A stretch of DNA of 64,000 nt from contig CM126215.1 in NCBI GenBank assembly GCA_052327205.1, positions 77,686,001-77,750,000 of the forward strand, given 5' to 3'. This document shows, piece after piece, positions 48,300 through 60,049 of the stretch (positions are counted from its first letter, which is position 1; each line of letters begins with the position of its first letter). The notes under the pieces were generated by a model. The model made no database searches and was not told where the DNA came from. It worked only from the letters and a program-made list of their open reading frames with translations. A program made the translations under genes and the position numbers. The DNA comes from Somniosus microcephalus. Its lineage: Eukaryota.

Positions 48300-48858
48300 G
48301 TGGGGAGACCCAACACAGATTGGGTGACCGCTTTGCAGAACACCTCCGTTCAGTCTGCAAGTGTGACCCCGAGCTTCCGGTCGTCTGTCATTTTAATTCT
48401 CCGCTCCACTCCCTCTCTGTCCTCAGCCTCTTGCACTGTTCCAACGAAGCTCAAGGAACAGCACCTCATCTTTCGATTAGGCACTTTACAGCCTTCTGGA
48501 CTCAACATCAAGTGCAACAATCTCAGATTGTAACCTCTGCCCCATTTTTTCAGATGGCAGCTGTTGATGATTCTGCTATTCCCTTTTATACCTCTTCTAG
48601 ACCCATCTTTTGTTCCTTGTGCCATTACCATCTCCTTTTGCTTTGTCATTTAACCTCTCCTGCCTTCCACCCTACCAACCCTTTGTTCTTTCCTCCCCTC
48701 CCCCTCTCCCTGCCCCTGTACTTGCTTAAAACCTGTTATATCTCTAACTTTTTCCAGTTCTGATGAAAGGTCATTGACCTGAAACATTAACTCTGTTTCT
48801 CTCTCCACAGATGCTGTCTGACCTGCTGAGTATTTCCAGCATTTTCTGTTTTTATTTA
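48300..48858 (+). mobile_element. Penelope-like element 3' end (GIY-YIG endonuclease remnant plus terminal repeat)
   Basis: GETQHRLGDRFAEHLRSV...HFNS and KEQHLIFRLGTLQPSGLN* across a frameshift, followed by a pyrimidine-rich pLTR. Confidence 0.85.
48756..48792 (+). ncRNA. Minimal hammerhead ribozyme motif in the Penelope pLTR (stem III mutated)
   Basis: AGTT-CTGATGA-A-AGGTC(ATT)GACCT-GAAA-CATT-AACT. Confidence 0.7.
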
Positions 48859-50472
48859 AGAGCAATACTGTCCACATTTGGTAAAGGTTTCCCTTAAATC
48901 ATGCACTCAGCACAGATTATGACAACACACTGTTGAGTCCTGCACAAGCTATCATTCATTGATTATTTCAAGTGTAGTCAACTGGACTAGCAGCTGCCTT
49001 TACAATTCCTTCTGGATGCCAGCTATCCACAATTACAGGGTTCCATCTGTCAAAATCTGCAGAGTGGGCCAATTGCTTGGCACCAGGGCAACAAAAAAAT
49101 CAGCAAACAAGATTCCCTTTGGGCCTAGCAGGCTATGTTCTTTACTGCCCTGGTTCAATGGATATGGTTATCTATGTATAGACAATATTTTGTTTTTGTT
49201 CTTTGAGACATTGGAATCCTTGCTTCAGACTAATCAACTAATAAAATGCCACTCGCATAGTGGACCTGAAAGTACACGGGCTACTGATCCTGGCAGTTGT
49301 GCCAGGATTGCAAATGCCAGAGTATGTGGGTCATGAGGAGGTCACTCAATTTAAATATTCCTAGCAGGCATCTATGCTAACGGGTGCACCTCGGGCACCT
49401 GCCTGCCGCAGGAGTCTGCAAAATATGGCAATGGTGGCTGGGCTGGGGGGATGTTGGGAAACCACACCCCTCCCCCACATGACTGTGCCCCCCCATGCTT
49501 GCCAAGGGGGGCCACTATTTTTTAACAAAGTTTTGGAATTCCTCCCCTTCAGGGGTCCAGATCATAAGTCAAACCTGGACCCCCATTGTGGGCCCCACAG
49601 CTGCCCCTCCTTATTCTGGGTGTACTGACTGTCAATCCCTGACCAACATTTCCCAGGTTGGGCCCATGGGAACTCCTTGGGAGACCCGGCTTACTCCATG
49701 TCAATGGCTTCATTTGGGACAGGTGGAAGCTCCACCCCAAACATAGGCCAAACAAAACACCCAGGCGAAGTTGGGACTTGGTCCCGCCTGAGTTTGCAGC
49801 TCATCTACTGTACTTCTGCTGGAGTTGCAGTGGGAGTGCGCTGGAAAGGCTCAAGGATTTTCATCCCTGAAATTTGAAGCAATGCTGCTCTAGGAAGCAG
49901 GCATGTAGTTGTGTTCTTCACCTGAGGTGGAATTATTCAATGTGAGGGTTAGAGCCTAGCCAAGAAATGTTATGGTGGGTGGACTGTGCTCTAACATACT
50001 ATCCCAATCCTACCTTTGAGGAAGAGATTTTCATTCGATCTGTCTGATCTGAATAAATATTCCATTTCAATCGTGAAAGAAACGTGTCCCCATATGCCAT
50101 GCCACACCGCCTAGTTTCCTCTCTTTCGCACTCCCCCTACCCTCGCCAACAGAGTGCAGAATTGAATCCATTCTGTTGCTGCTGTAATTTGTTGGAGGTT
50201 GAAAGGATAGAATTCTAATATAGTGCGCTCCATATCTTAGCACTTTTACCTTGAATGTTAACCTGTTACGGCACAGTTCCTTTTAGGATTATAGTAGATG
50301 TTCTTGAATGGATTAATTAACTTTTGTTACTACCTTGCTGTAGACCATTACTTTCAATAGAGTTTTCTTTTGTGATTAGAATTTAAATATGCTCGATCAG
50401 ATGCAGTTTATAGTCTTGAAAAATCCAAATGATGCAAGCCCTCTACTTTCAGTTCAGATACGGCCTCTTTCT

Positions 50473-50706
50473 AAATAACAACAGAAAACGCTGGAAAAAC
50501 TCAGCAGGCCAGGCAACATCCGTGGAGAGAGAAATAGAGTTAACGTTTCAGGTCGATGACCCTTCATCAGAACTTTGATGAAGGGTCATCGACCTGAAAC
50601 GTTAACTCTATTTCTCTCTCCACGGATGTTGCCTGGCCTGCTGAGTTTTTCCAGTGTTTTCTGTTGTTATTTCGGATTTCCAGCATCCGCAGTATTTTGC
50701 TATCGT
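50473..50706 (+). mobile_element. Penelope-derived fold-back element 2 (97-bp arms, 6-nt spacer, 3' tail)
   Basis: 50473-50569 is the reverse complement of 50576-50672 with 1 mismatch; same tail as element 1 (ggatttccagcatcYgcagtattttgctatcgt); flanking repeat CTCTTTCT. Confidence 0.85.
50538..50574 (-). ncRNA. Minimal hammerhead ribozyme motif, intact core
   Basis: Minus strand AGTT-CTGATGA-A-GGGTC(ATC)GACCT-GAAA-CGTT-AACT. Confidence 0.75.
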
Positions 50707-53700
50707 GTAAGGGCTCTTTCTGTTTAGTTGTGCTCATTTATGTTTCTTTTTCATTTTTGTCCACCGTTTTCACTCATACTCATTAGGTTAATATATCCAG
50801 CGGACTGCATATTTTTATTTAACCATTGACCTGTTTTCTGTAATAAGTATTGGTAACTGTAATGTATTCTATGCTTCCACTGGTATATTGATTGCTGAGT
50901 TTGTCATGTCTGCAGGGATGGAGGTTATGGATTTGAAAGTGTCACAATATATTAATAACTGTGTCCAATACCATAGATGCTGAGCCATTAAAGGCTCTAA
51001 GCAAGCTCCGTAGAATACCAGTTCCTTTTCTAGAGGCCCTTTCAATACATGTTCCACTTAATTCACCACTTAACTGGCAGTTCTGAAGATTGCTAGAAAA
51101 ACTAGAAGACAAAGGTGAAGTGGAAACCTATTTACACAAAATATGGTAGACAGACAAATTTCATCAAGATAATTACTATGCTAGGAGTAAAACTAGGGAA
51201 TGACAACATTTTATATCGAACATTGTGCTTACTTTTAGAGTTGCATAGGTGTGGGTTTAACAGTACCTACTATCAAAAGAGTGGATGGGGGGCACTAAAA
51301 CACAGCAGACTCTTGGTAAAATGTGAAATTGGTTTGCTTTCTACTAACTTCAATATTGTTGAAGGCTTGGTTCAGGTTGCTTGGCCCACCATTTTGGGAT
51401 GTAAATTACTGTAAAAGGCTTGTGTTTGGTCAGTTAGTTCAGTTATACTATAAATCAAAATACAGTACTGATAAACTGGTTTAATTGTACACTACTATAT
51501 TTTTGAGTTCAGTCAATAACAAGGCTGAACAATTTTATACTGTTCTGACAATCCAGCTCCTACCTAACCTCAACACGAGCAATACTTCCTGAACTGTTAG
51601 CAGTATAGAGAGATGGTGCATGACACAGAAAGCAACCTAAAGTGATGAAAAGAAATAAAACTTGTCAACCTGTCAAATTATTTATGCTGCAATATATTGT
51701 CAAAGCTAAAACTCTAATGCCTACTGTATAATCAAATAATTATAGTATATAGATAGAAATTATATTGGGAGTGCTCCCCCCCAGGCCCCACAAGGAGTTC
51801 TTGGGCCTTCCCAGCCCCGGCCTCCCCCAATTGCCATGGACCCCACACCCCGATCACCTCCAGCCCTGCTCCCACTGACTGCCGGGGACTGACCCCATGG
51901 CTCCCTGACTGTGGCCTCCTGCCGCCAAGTTCTCGCTCCCGCCCACTAGCCAAGTAGTGGCTCTGGCTGGGTGTTAGGCAACCGCTGGGAACTTTTATTT
52001 AAATTAGGTCCTGCTGTTAAGATCCGCAGAGCTTCCACATCCACGGACTCTCGCAATGTGCCACCCGCTTTGGGCCACGTGTGCATTGTTCCAGCTCCCC
52101 TTTTAAAATCGGGGCCTCGAGTGTGAGTGAGAGGGAGATTATTGGAGCTAGAGGTGAGAAGCATTTCCCCAGCTGATGAACTTGTTTTTATATATCCTGT
52201 CCAGAGAAGTGTTAGAAGGAAAATCACAGAGGTGGGAGACAAAATTCTAGTTGTAGATGGGCTTGGAAGTTAAGAGCAGTTGAGAGGGAAAAAAGTAAAT
52301 GTTTTGCAGCAAAGAAGAAACCTTATACCTTTCAGGCAGCTTTAGCAATAGAGGGATTGAGGTCAGCGGAGATATTGTCACCAAGAGTGCTGTTAGATGA
52401 AGAAAGACTGAGGTTGGCGTGATCTAAGATAAAGCAATATTCTAATGGTTAAACTGGAGAGACACGAGGAGACTTTTTTCACAAATTGAAAGAAACAAAA
52501 TTTTCATTGCCTCATTGAAATCCATGGAGATCAACATATGGTGATTCAGCCATTATTTTGCAACAGGAACACAGGTTGTGAATGCTGAGGATATGCACTC
52601 TGAAGGAACATAAGAAATAGGAGCTGGAGTTGGCCATTTGGCCCTTCGAGCCTGCTCCGCCATTGATCAACATAGAGTGGAATCAACAGCAAGAGTGGAT
52701 GGAGTGTATAATCAACGGAAGAGATCATTGATATGAAGGAAAAACAAAATGGCAGAGGACAGGTGTTAATGAAGAAAAAGTCAATGTAAAAAAATTCAGA
52801 AGATGAGCAATCAACTACAACACAACAATTTGAGAGGAAACTAAATAGGTGTGAACATTACAACATTGGTGGAGGCTAAATGATGGTAGCTTGTTTAAAA
52901 GTGTATGGCGCCAGACCCTGTCAATGACTTTGGAGATGCCCCCAAGATATATAATTGTTCAAGAGCAGAGTTTTGCAGGAGGGTAACATACAACAGGATT
53001 ACCAATGGAATGGCTACCCTAAAAAACATACTGGCAATCAGAGATTAAGTCAGAGCATTCAAGATGTTGAATAGTTTGAGAGTTAACAGCTGCTTCCATA
53101 AATTTAGATGGTCAATGCGGCATCAACGTGAAGGGTTAGAAGGGTCACTTTTCTTAGGGACAGTCTCATTGTGCATGCTGTCTAGCAGGAGCGAATGAGG
53201 AGATTTGGGGTGCAGAAATCAAACAGCCTAACAGTATTTGAGAGAGCAGAACATAATAGTTAGGACTAAACTGGTTTTGGATGCAGGTCTTCATAGAACA
53301 TAACAATATGTAGAATAAAAATCCTCACAGCTTCCTAGACTCCTGATTCATGCACAACAGGAGGAGGGATGGCCAGCTGCCTGTTTCCCCATTCCCTTCC
53401 CTCCTAACGGGGAGATGCCTGGCCTCCATTTGGCATCTCACCATAGCAATATGGATGATTTTGTCAATTTAGTAGCATTGAGAAATTTTATAGATAAATT
53501 ACTGTAATTCCAAAGAGTTAGAAAGAACTTTCCACAAGTATGAAAACTTTAAAATATGGACAATACTAATGAAGTGCCAACATGCATCTCCACAATGGAG
53601 AATGGAGATTCAGTCCTATATGTCACAATATGAACTCAAATTTAATTAAACGCTTTTCTTCATTAAATAACTGAAAATAAAATCCCATTACTTAAAACAT

Positions 53701-54668
53701 TTACCTTCAGAAAATAGTTTTAACAACAGCAGTAACAAATAAAAGGATATATTAGCAGATTCAGTGATTCTTGAACTCATTCGTGCCTTTAAATCCACCA
53801 TATGTAGATTCACTAGGTTTTTGGAAAATTGGTAATTAGTGAATTCCAAACTAGGGTAATTAGACTGTTTACTGACTAACTTTAGACTGGATATTGATTT
53901 TGCGCATGAAATTAATTCCCATTTAATTGCCATGATTTATTATTACCTTTTATTTGACTGAAACTCAAGGACTATTTTCATGGGAAAATATAGGCCCGGA
54001 TTTTGCAGTTGGTATGATGGCATATTCTCAGAGTACGCCATTACACCACCTTTGAAATGGACCGCAAGTTCGGGAATACTGCATGCACTTGCATGTGCGC
54101 TAAATCAGAAACTTGTAATCTGTCAAGTTCCGACTTGAGAGATGATCCGCACCGATGGGGAAATACTAATTGCTGGCCAGAGTTGGGCTAATTGCCCACC
54201 AACTGCCCAGCAATTATGCCTGAAAATTTTACTGCTAATGCAAACAGGCGCAGGGCCTGTTTGCACAGCGTAAGGGGATACCTCCTGACAAATCCAAGTA
54301 ATTTTAAAAGCTATTTGAGGCCAGAAATGGAAGCATTTTAGCATTTTGTCCATGAAAAGTATTTATTGTCCATGAAAAGTTTGGAGGAAGCGGTTGCTAC
54401 ATTGAGGGTTTTATTTTTTTTTGCATCCATGTGGCGCATAAGCTTAAAATAAATCCGTGCAGAAAGTGGAGGGAAGGAAAAAAAAAAAACCTTCATTACT
54501 AGAGCCTTCTGGAATTTAATGTGCATAAATATCTAATGTTATAAATGAATGAGAGACCTTCTGTTTGCTGATTGGAACACCGGCCCACATGATCCCAGGT
54601 ACGCTTCCCCGCATGGTGCGCCCCTGGGATCCATGGGTCACTACGCTGCCCTCTACTACACAGCGCTG

Positions 54669-56334
54669 TGTACAAAAGGCTGATATTTAGAGATATTTAG
54701 CAGACGAGAATCATATATGTATAAATTCAAGTGTAGCCATTGACCAACTAATATTACCCATAATTACTCCTGGGTAACTAAAATGCTAAGGCTTGCTTAG
54801 AATGCAGCTGCAAGGACAGTCAAAAGCAGTTTTAACTAAGTTTTGATAACAAACAGCCACAGGCTGTGAGTGAAGGTTAAATTGTTAAATAACATATTGG
54901 GCCATATATTCCGATTCCTACAGGTGTGTACGCGCTGTGTACACACCCGTAGGGACATCAGAAATGCCGGTTTCAGGTATGCCAAGCACATGCGCTGAAA
55001 ACCAGCATTTCCGATCTGGCAAGACACCTGCCCTAGAGAAGGGCCTTTGCGGGCGGGTAGTTCCGCTTTCTGGAGAACCTCCGCCTGCAGAAAACCCTTA
55101 GAAATCTCAGGCCTAGTAAAAGCAGATGTAAAGCTTGCTTGCTTTTGCCAGCATAAGATTTGAAAAAAGTAAAAAAAATGTTTTCACTCAGTTATCATTT
55201 AAAAATACTTTAAAAAAGGTATGTTTATTTTAGCCCAGTAAAAAAACTTTAATTATTTTTTTCAAAAAATTACATTTTTGTTTAAAATATAATTTATTGT
55301 AATTTCAACTAATTTTAAAAATGTGATTTTTTTTTAAAATGTAATGTTTTACAGTGTTTTTGGGGTGATCTCCATTCATATATTTGACAGGTCTATCTGT
55401 CAAGTGTATGAAGGGAGATTCCCTTCTTTGATTGGCTCCCCATGGCCCACATGATCACAGGGATGCTGCAAACTGCATGGGCCTCTGGGATACGTGGGCC
55501 CTGCACATTTTGATTTGGAGAGGCCCAGGAGCGGAAGAGTCCGGACCTCCGGAGCCCTCAGGTAAGGGCATGGATTTTTTCCAGATCGGAGGCCTCCGCA
55601 CGCAGGAAGCCTCCGATCAGAAAATACGGCCCAATATGATGCTAAGTAGAAATTAGAGTTTGCTTAACAAAACTAATTGCAAAGATATTTAAAAGATAAT
55701 TAGTATAAGGAACATAAAATGAGAGGGATCATGGAGTTAAGATCTGGTAGATTGAAGTGAGATAGTCTGGATACCGTCAAGGCTAGTGAAACAGCGCTGA
55801 CATGGGCTGGGCCTTTGGTATAGAAAGGCCTTGTACTGCTTGTACCAGGAAAGCTAGAAATGAGAGAGATAAAGTCAATTCCAATGAGGTGCAGAACTAT
55901 AAACAAGATAACACTGAACATGGTAAAGTTGTCGGAATAATACTGGAAAGGCGGGGCCAAGATGCTAACCTTAGTCCGAGTGACAATGGTATTTTGACCA
56001 TTAGAACCAATTAAAAAAGGTGATTTTGTTAAAGACCATATATGGACACTGGCCAAACCAACTTTTGATAAGGAAAGGGTTAAAACCTCGATACTCAAAG
56101 AACAACTTTACACAGACATACTGCGAGGACAAAGGGACTGACTGAAGACGACGTCATCTGTGTCCGAGAGGCTCCAGAGACCAAGGGCTGCGAGCTACTC
56201 GTTAAAACTATCGCCTAATGTTAAGTATATTACGCTGTAAGCTTAATAAACTCTTGATCTATTGCTCAAACATACTGGCTGCTGCCTATTTGTGTCTTGT
56301 CCAAGAACTCTGAGGGATCATCTAAGCTCTTACA
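54669..56334 (+). mobile_element. Solo LTR (~930 bp net, ERV-like), itself interrupted by a MITE
   Basis: TGTA...TACA termini; exact 4-bp TSD GCTG (54665-54668, 56335-56338); AATAAA 56245-56250. Confidence 0.75.
54899..55632. mobile_element. Harbinger-like non-autonomous element inside the LTR
   Basis: TIRs GGGCCATATATTCCGA...TCAGAAAATACGGCCC; internal similarity to 34644-35359. Confidence 0.75.
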
Positions 56335-58314
56335 GCTGCCAGCAGATTCTGAAAGGAGGGTCCCCATCAGGTAAGTTTGCATTCTGTTCGGATGCTGGCG
56401 GTGTAAATTCTCATTGGCCTCAGTTAGTTAATAGTTGAGAGATGGAGTCTATCAGGGCAAGAAAGAAAAACTGACAGTGCATCAGCTGAACACAGATGGT
56501 CATTGAAGACATGGAGGTGGCTGTGACTCATTCTTGAGTTACTCTCATGACGTTCCTGCATTATTATATGTAGGAAAAGGACCATGATAAGGAAAACATT
56601 AGTCCAAGAGAAACTGTAATTGTTCTGGTGGTTGACTGTAACTTTGTTAGCTCTCAGTCTTGTTTTACTCAATAACTCAAAATTGACACCTGTTTTCACC
56701 TTTTTTGCCAAAATAAATACACAATAAATAATGTAGTATCAAAAATTAACTCCTGTCCTGTGTGAATCAGCAGTCTAGTAAGCTGTGCACTGGTAGAATT
56801 TTCAAATACTGTATGTTTCACAATGATCCGGACAGGATAATTACTAATCTAAATATTTAATGCACATACTATTTTGTAAATGCAAATATGTACACGGGAA
56901 AGGTACCAACACTTAGAGCTCAGTGTAGTTCTTGTTCAAGTAAAAGGGAAAATCAGGCCCCATCTGTTTTAGGTGCAGTTGATTCACAGAATGACGCACA
57001 GATGTCAAATTTTATTCATTTCACAAGAGTTGCCTTGAAGGCAGGAATGTATGTGAATGTGTCCCTCCTAAATAAACACAACGTTTATGCATACGCACGC
57101 ATACCTCAAAAAGTGCCAACAATTTAACTCTTACCCTGCCACACGCTTCATTATGGTTATACATCACTGCTCATACACTTTCATCTTTAACTTGCGCAAT
57201 AAACAGCACCTGCATCCTGTTCCATAAGGCATGACTGAATTTAATTACTTAATTAAATTATATTAAATGTAACTGAGAGATTCTAATAACAGCCAGACAG
57301 AGCAAGGTGTGCGATTCCCCTGCTGGGTATCTGAGCGGTGCCATTTCCAATAAATCACAATGATTGTCTGTAGTTGATGCTGTAAATAATTAATATCAAT
57401 GTGAAAATCTGGTGCACACACACACCTATCCAACTAGTAGAAAATATTGCACGTTAATTCACATATCATTAATAACTGAAACATATTAGAATTCATGTGT
57501 AGTTCATCCGAATTCAGCCTTTTTATTGTAGGAAAGGTTATGTGGTCAGTAATACATGTGAAACCTCAAATGTGGTACCTGGTATTTCAGCTTTACAGTG
57601 ACAGTGGAAGTACTTCTAAATATGATCAAAGTGTTCAAAGTACTGAAAGCATTAAAACATTCACAAATGCAGTATGCTAATTCTCTGCTTCTGCTTTTTT
57701 CTTTCTATCCTTATGCATAAAATAATAAAACAAAACAGGGAGCGGTATTACAAACAGATCTGAAAAAAGTTTTGTGATATATAACATTTATACCATCTCA
57801 CAAAATGAACTTGTAAAGCATAATTTTTGAAAAGAAACTTTTCGGAAATTTCAGTTAACTGTGTGAAAATATTCACATCAGAACGACTTTAAAGTGGTTT
57901 AACCACAACAAATATTCCTGAAACTTTTATAAAATTTGGTTTCAAAATATAGGCAGAAGTTGTTTTAGGAATGTAAATTAGTGGCAAATAATTATCTCAC
58001 AAATCTACAAAGATTAGAACACGTTAAAATTACAGTATTTGAAAATATTCCATATTGTATAGATTGCTTCTGGATGAAATCTACCTGAATTAACTCATCT
58101 TGGTCCCAGTGGTGTTAGGGGGCACTAAAGCTGGAACAAGTGCCCCTGGGTTAGAAAGAGGAAAAATTGGCCAGCATTCCCATTCCTGATCACTATCTAG
58201 TAATACCTGCTTGAAGTGCATGATTATGAGGGAGGACAGGAATGAGCTTGGCTGTGATGCTCCCCATAACATGCTGACATTCACTGTCTAGGGTCACACA
58301 TGAATAGTGGCCAC

Positions 58315-58485
58315 CAATGTTCCCTGTAAGCTGTGCTTTGTTCTGTGCGGCCTGTTTCTTCTAATGCGTGGTCCCTTTAAATTTCTGCGCCTGCGCAGTA
58401 TTTACACGGTAAAAGCCGGTGAACGGCCTATGCAGGAGCTTTCAGATTACTGCGCGGCTACACACACACCTTAGCAGGCACACCG
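58315..58485. mobile_element. hAT-like MITE inside an older SINE-like repeat (~58090-58580)
   Basis: CAATGTTCCCTGTAAG left TIR, degenerate right TIR, 8-bp TSD gtggccac/atggccac. Confidence 0.7.
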
Positions 58486-58662
58486 ATGGCCACTTGGGAA
58501 AAGTATTGGAGGATGCTTGGTGCCCATGGAACCATCACCCAGCGAGGAATTCATGCCTTCAGGAGGGGAGGGGAGATAATTAGTAGAGAAAAAAAATCTT
58601 TGTAAAAGGCATTGTAGTTGCATCAAATGAGAACCCTGTTAACTCGCATTAGAGCACAGTGT

Positions 58663-60049
58663 GGGCTGAAAATTCAGTAGGGTTAGCGCCCCATTTGAGG
58701 CGCTAGAGGGCCTAGCGCCGGAGTTATGGCCAGTTTGTAAATTCAGTGGGGCCCTGCCATCGGCGTTAGACCGGTTGCGCTGCGCCGGCACCGATGACGT
58801 CATCGGTGTGCGCAGCGTCCCGGTTGCCATGGTGACGGGCCCCAATGCCGAAATTGAGTTGCGGCCGCCTCGCCCGTGGCAGCCGCAACTAACGATGGCC
58901 TAGAAATTCACTAGCCTTAGCGCCGCTTTTGAGGCGCTAGAGGGACTAGCGCCAGAGTTATGGCCAGTTGAAAAATTCCCTGGGGCCCTAAAGCGGCGTT
59001 GCACCGGTAGCGCTGCGCCGGCACCGATGACGTCATCGGTGTGCGCAGCGTCCCGGTTGCCATGCCGACGGGCCCCAGCGCCGACATTCAGTTGCGGCCG
59101 CCTCGCCCGTGGCAGCCGCAACTAAGACTCTGGCAACAGAGTCCAACATGTGTTTGCGCCGGCGCATTAAAGGCCCCGCGGCGGCCGGCCGCTTTCCCGC
59201 CGGCCGCCTGCCCGCAGCTCCCTCCCCGGACTTCTCCCCCCGCCCCCGGAACAGATGCAAGCCCGGCACTTGTCCGAGGTGCCGGGCTCATTTTTAAACA
59301 GATTTGCGCGGGCCGCGGCCGGGTGCAGGCAGCTCCTCCTTAACGGAAGGAGGAGGCCTGCACTTCCCCAGCCTGCCGCACCGCATCGGGTGCCGCAGCG
59401 CCGGAATTGCAGCGCTAAACGGCAGTTAGCGCCCTTTTCCAGGCACTAAGACCCTTCAGTAGCGCCGGCAGCCGTTTGGGCGCGGCGCTACTGAATTTTT
59501 GGCGCGCGCAGGGGGACTTAGCGCCAGCACTAACTTCCGGCGCTAAAGCCCTGGCTAAGCCAAAACCCAATTTCTAGGCCGATGTTTCAGCAGAGTCCTA
59601 CGCGAGTTAGCGCCGGCGCATTAAGGTGGCGCGGCGGCCGGCCGCTTTCCCGCCGGCCGCCTGCCCGCACCTCCCTCCCCGGACTCCTCCACCCCCCCCC
59701 CCGCGGAACAGATGCATCTGGCCTGCGAGCCCGGCACTTCTCCGAGGTGCCGGGCTCATTTTTTTCAACATTTCAACGGCCAGCGGGCGGGTGCAGGCAG
59801 CTCCTCCTTAACTGAAGGAGGAGGCCTGCACTTCCCCAGTCTGCCGCACCGCATCGGGTGCCGCAGCGCCGGAATTGCGCCGCAATGCGGCAGTAAGCGC
59901 CCATTTCGAGGCGCTGACACCCTCCTGTAGCGCCGGCAGCCGTTTGGGCGCGGCGCTACTGAATTTTTGGCGCGCGCAGGGGGACTTAGCGCCGGCGCTA
60001 AATTTCCGGCGCTAAAGCCCTGGCGCGGCGCCAACTGAATTTCTAGGCC
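58663..60049. mobile_element. CpG-rich Harbinger-like MITE (outer copy, ~700 bp net)
   Basis: Ends GGGCTGAAAATTCAG...CTGAATTTCTAGGCC; A-A'-B-B' duplicated organisation. Confidence 0.85.
58897..59580. mobile_element. Same-family MITE nested in the outer copy (684 bp)
   Basis: Perfect TIRs GGCCTAGAAATT...AATTTCTAGGCC; 3-bp TSD GAT (58894-58896, 59581-59583). Confidence 0.88.

Larger units (their letters stand above)
53993..56419. mobile_element. Harbinger-like non-autonomous element split by a solo LTR
   Basis: Left TIR GGCCCGGATTTTGCAGT; blocks shared with 34644-35359; resumes after 56334 with ccatcaggtaagtttg. Confidence 0.65.

Noticed and set aside
46022-50706. Repeat-spacer-like recurrences as a possible CRISPR array
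   Set aside because: Eukaryotic context; the repeats are inverted Penelope termini, not regularly spaced direct repeats.
55704-56334. Initial reading of a shorter LTR starting at TATAAGG (55704)
   Set aside because: No TSD; the start at 54669 gives a TG terminus and an exact GCTG duplication.
58639-60034. Many overlapping Ala/Arg/Pro-rich ORFs and a CpG island suggesting a second gene
   Set aside because: Explained by the GC-rich nested MITE; stop-codon scarcity creates spurious ORFs.
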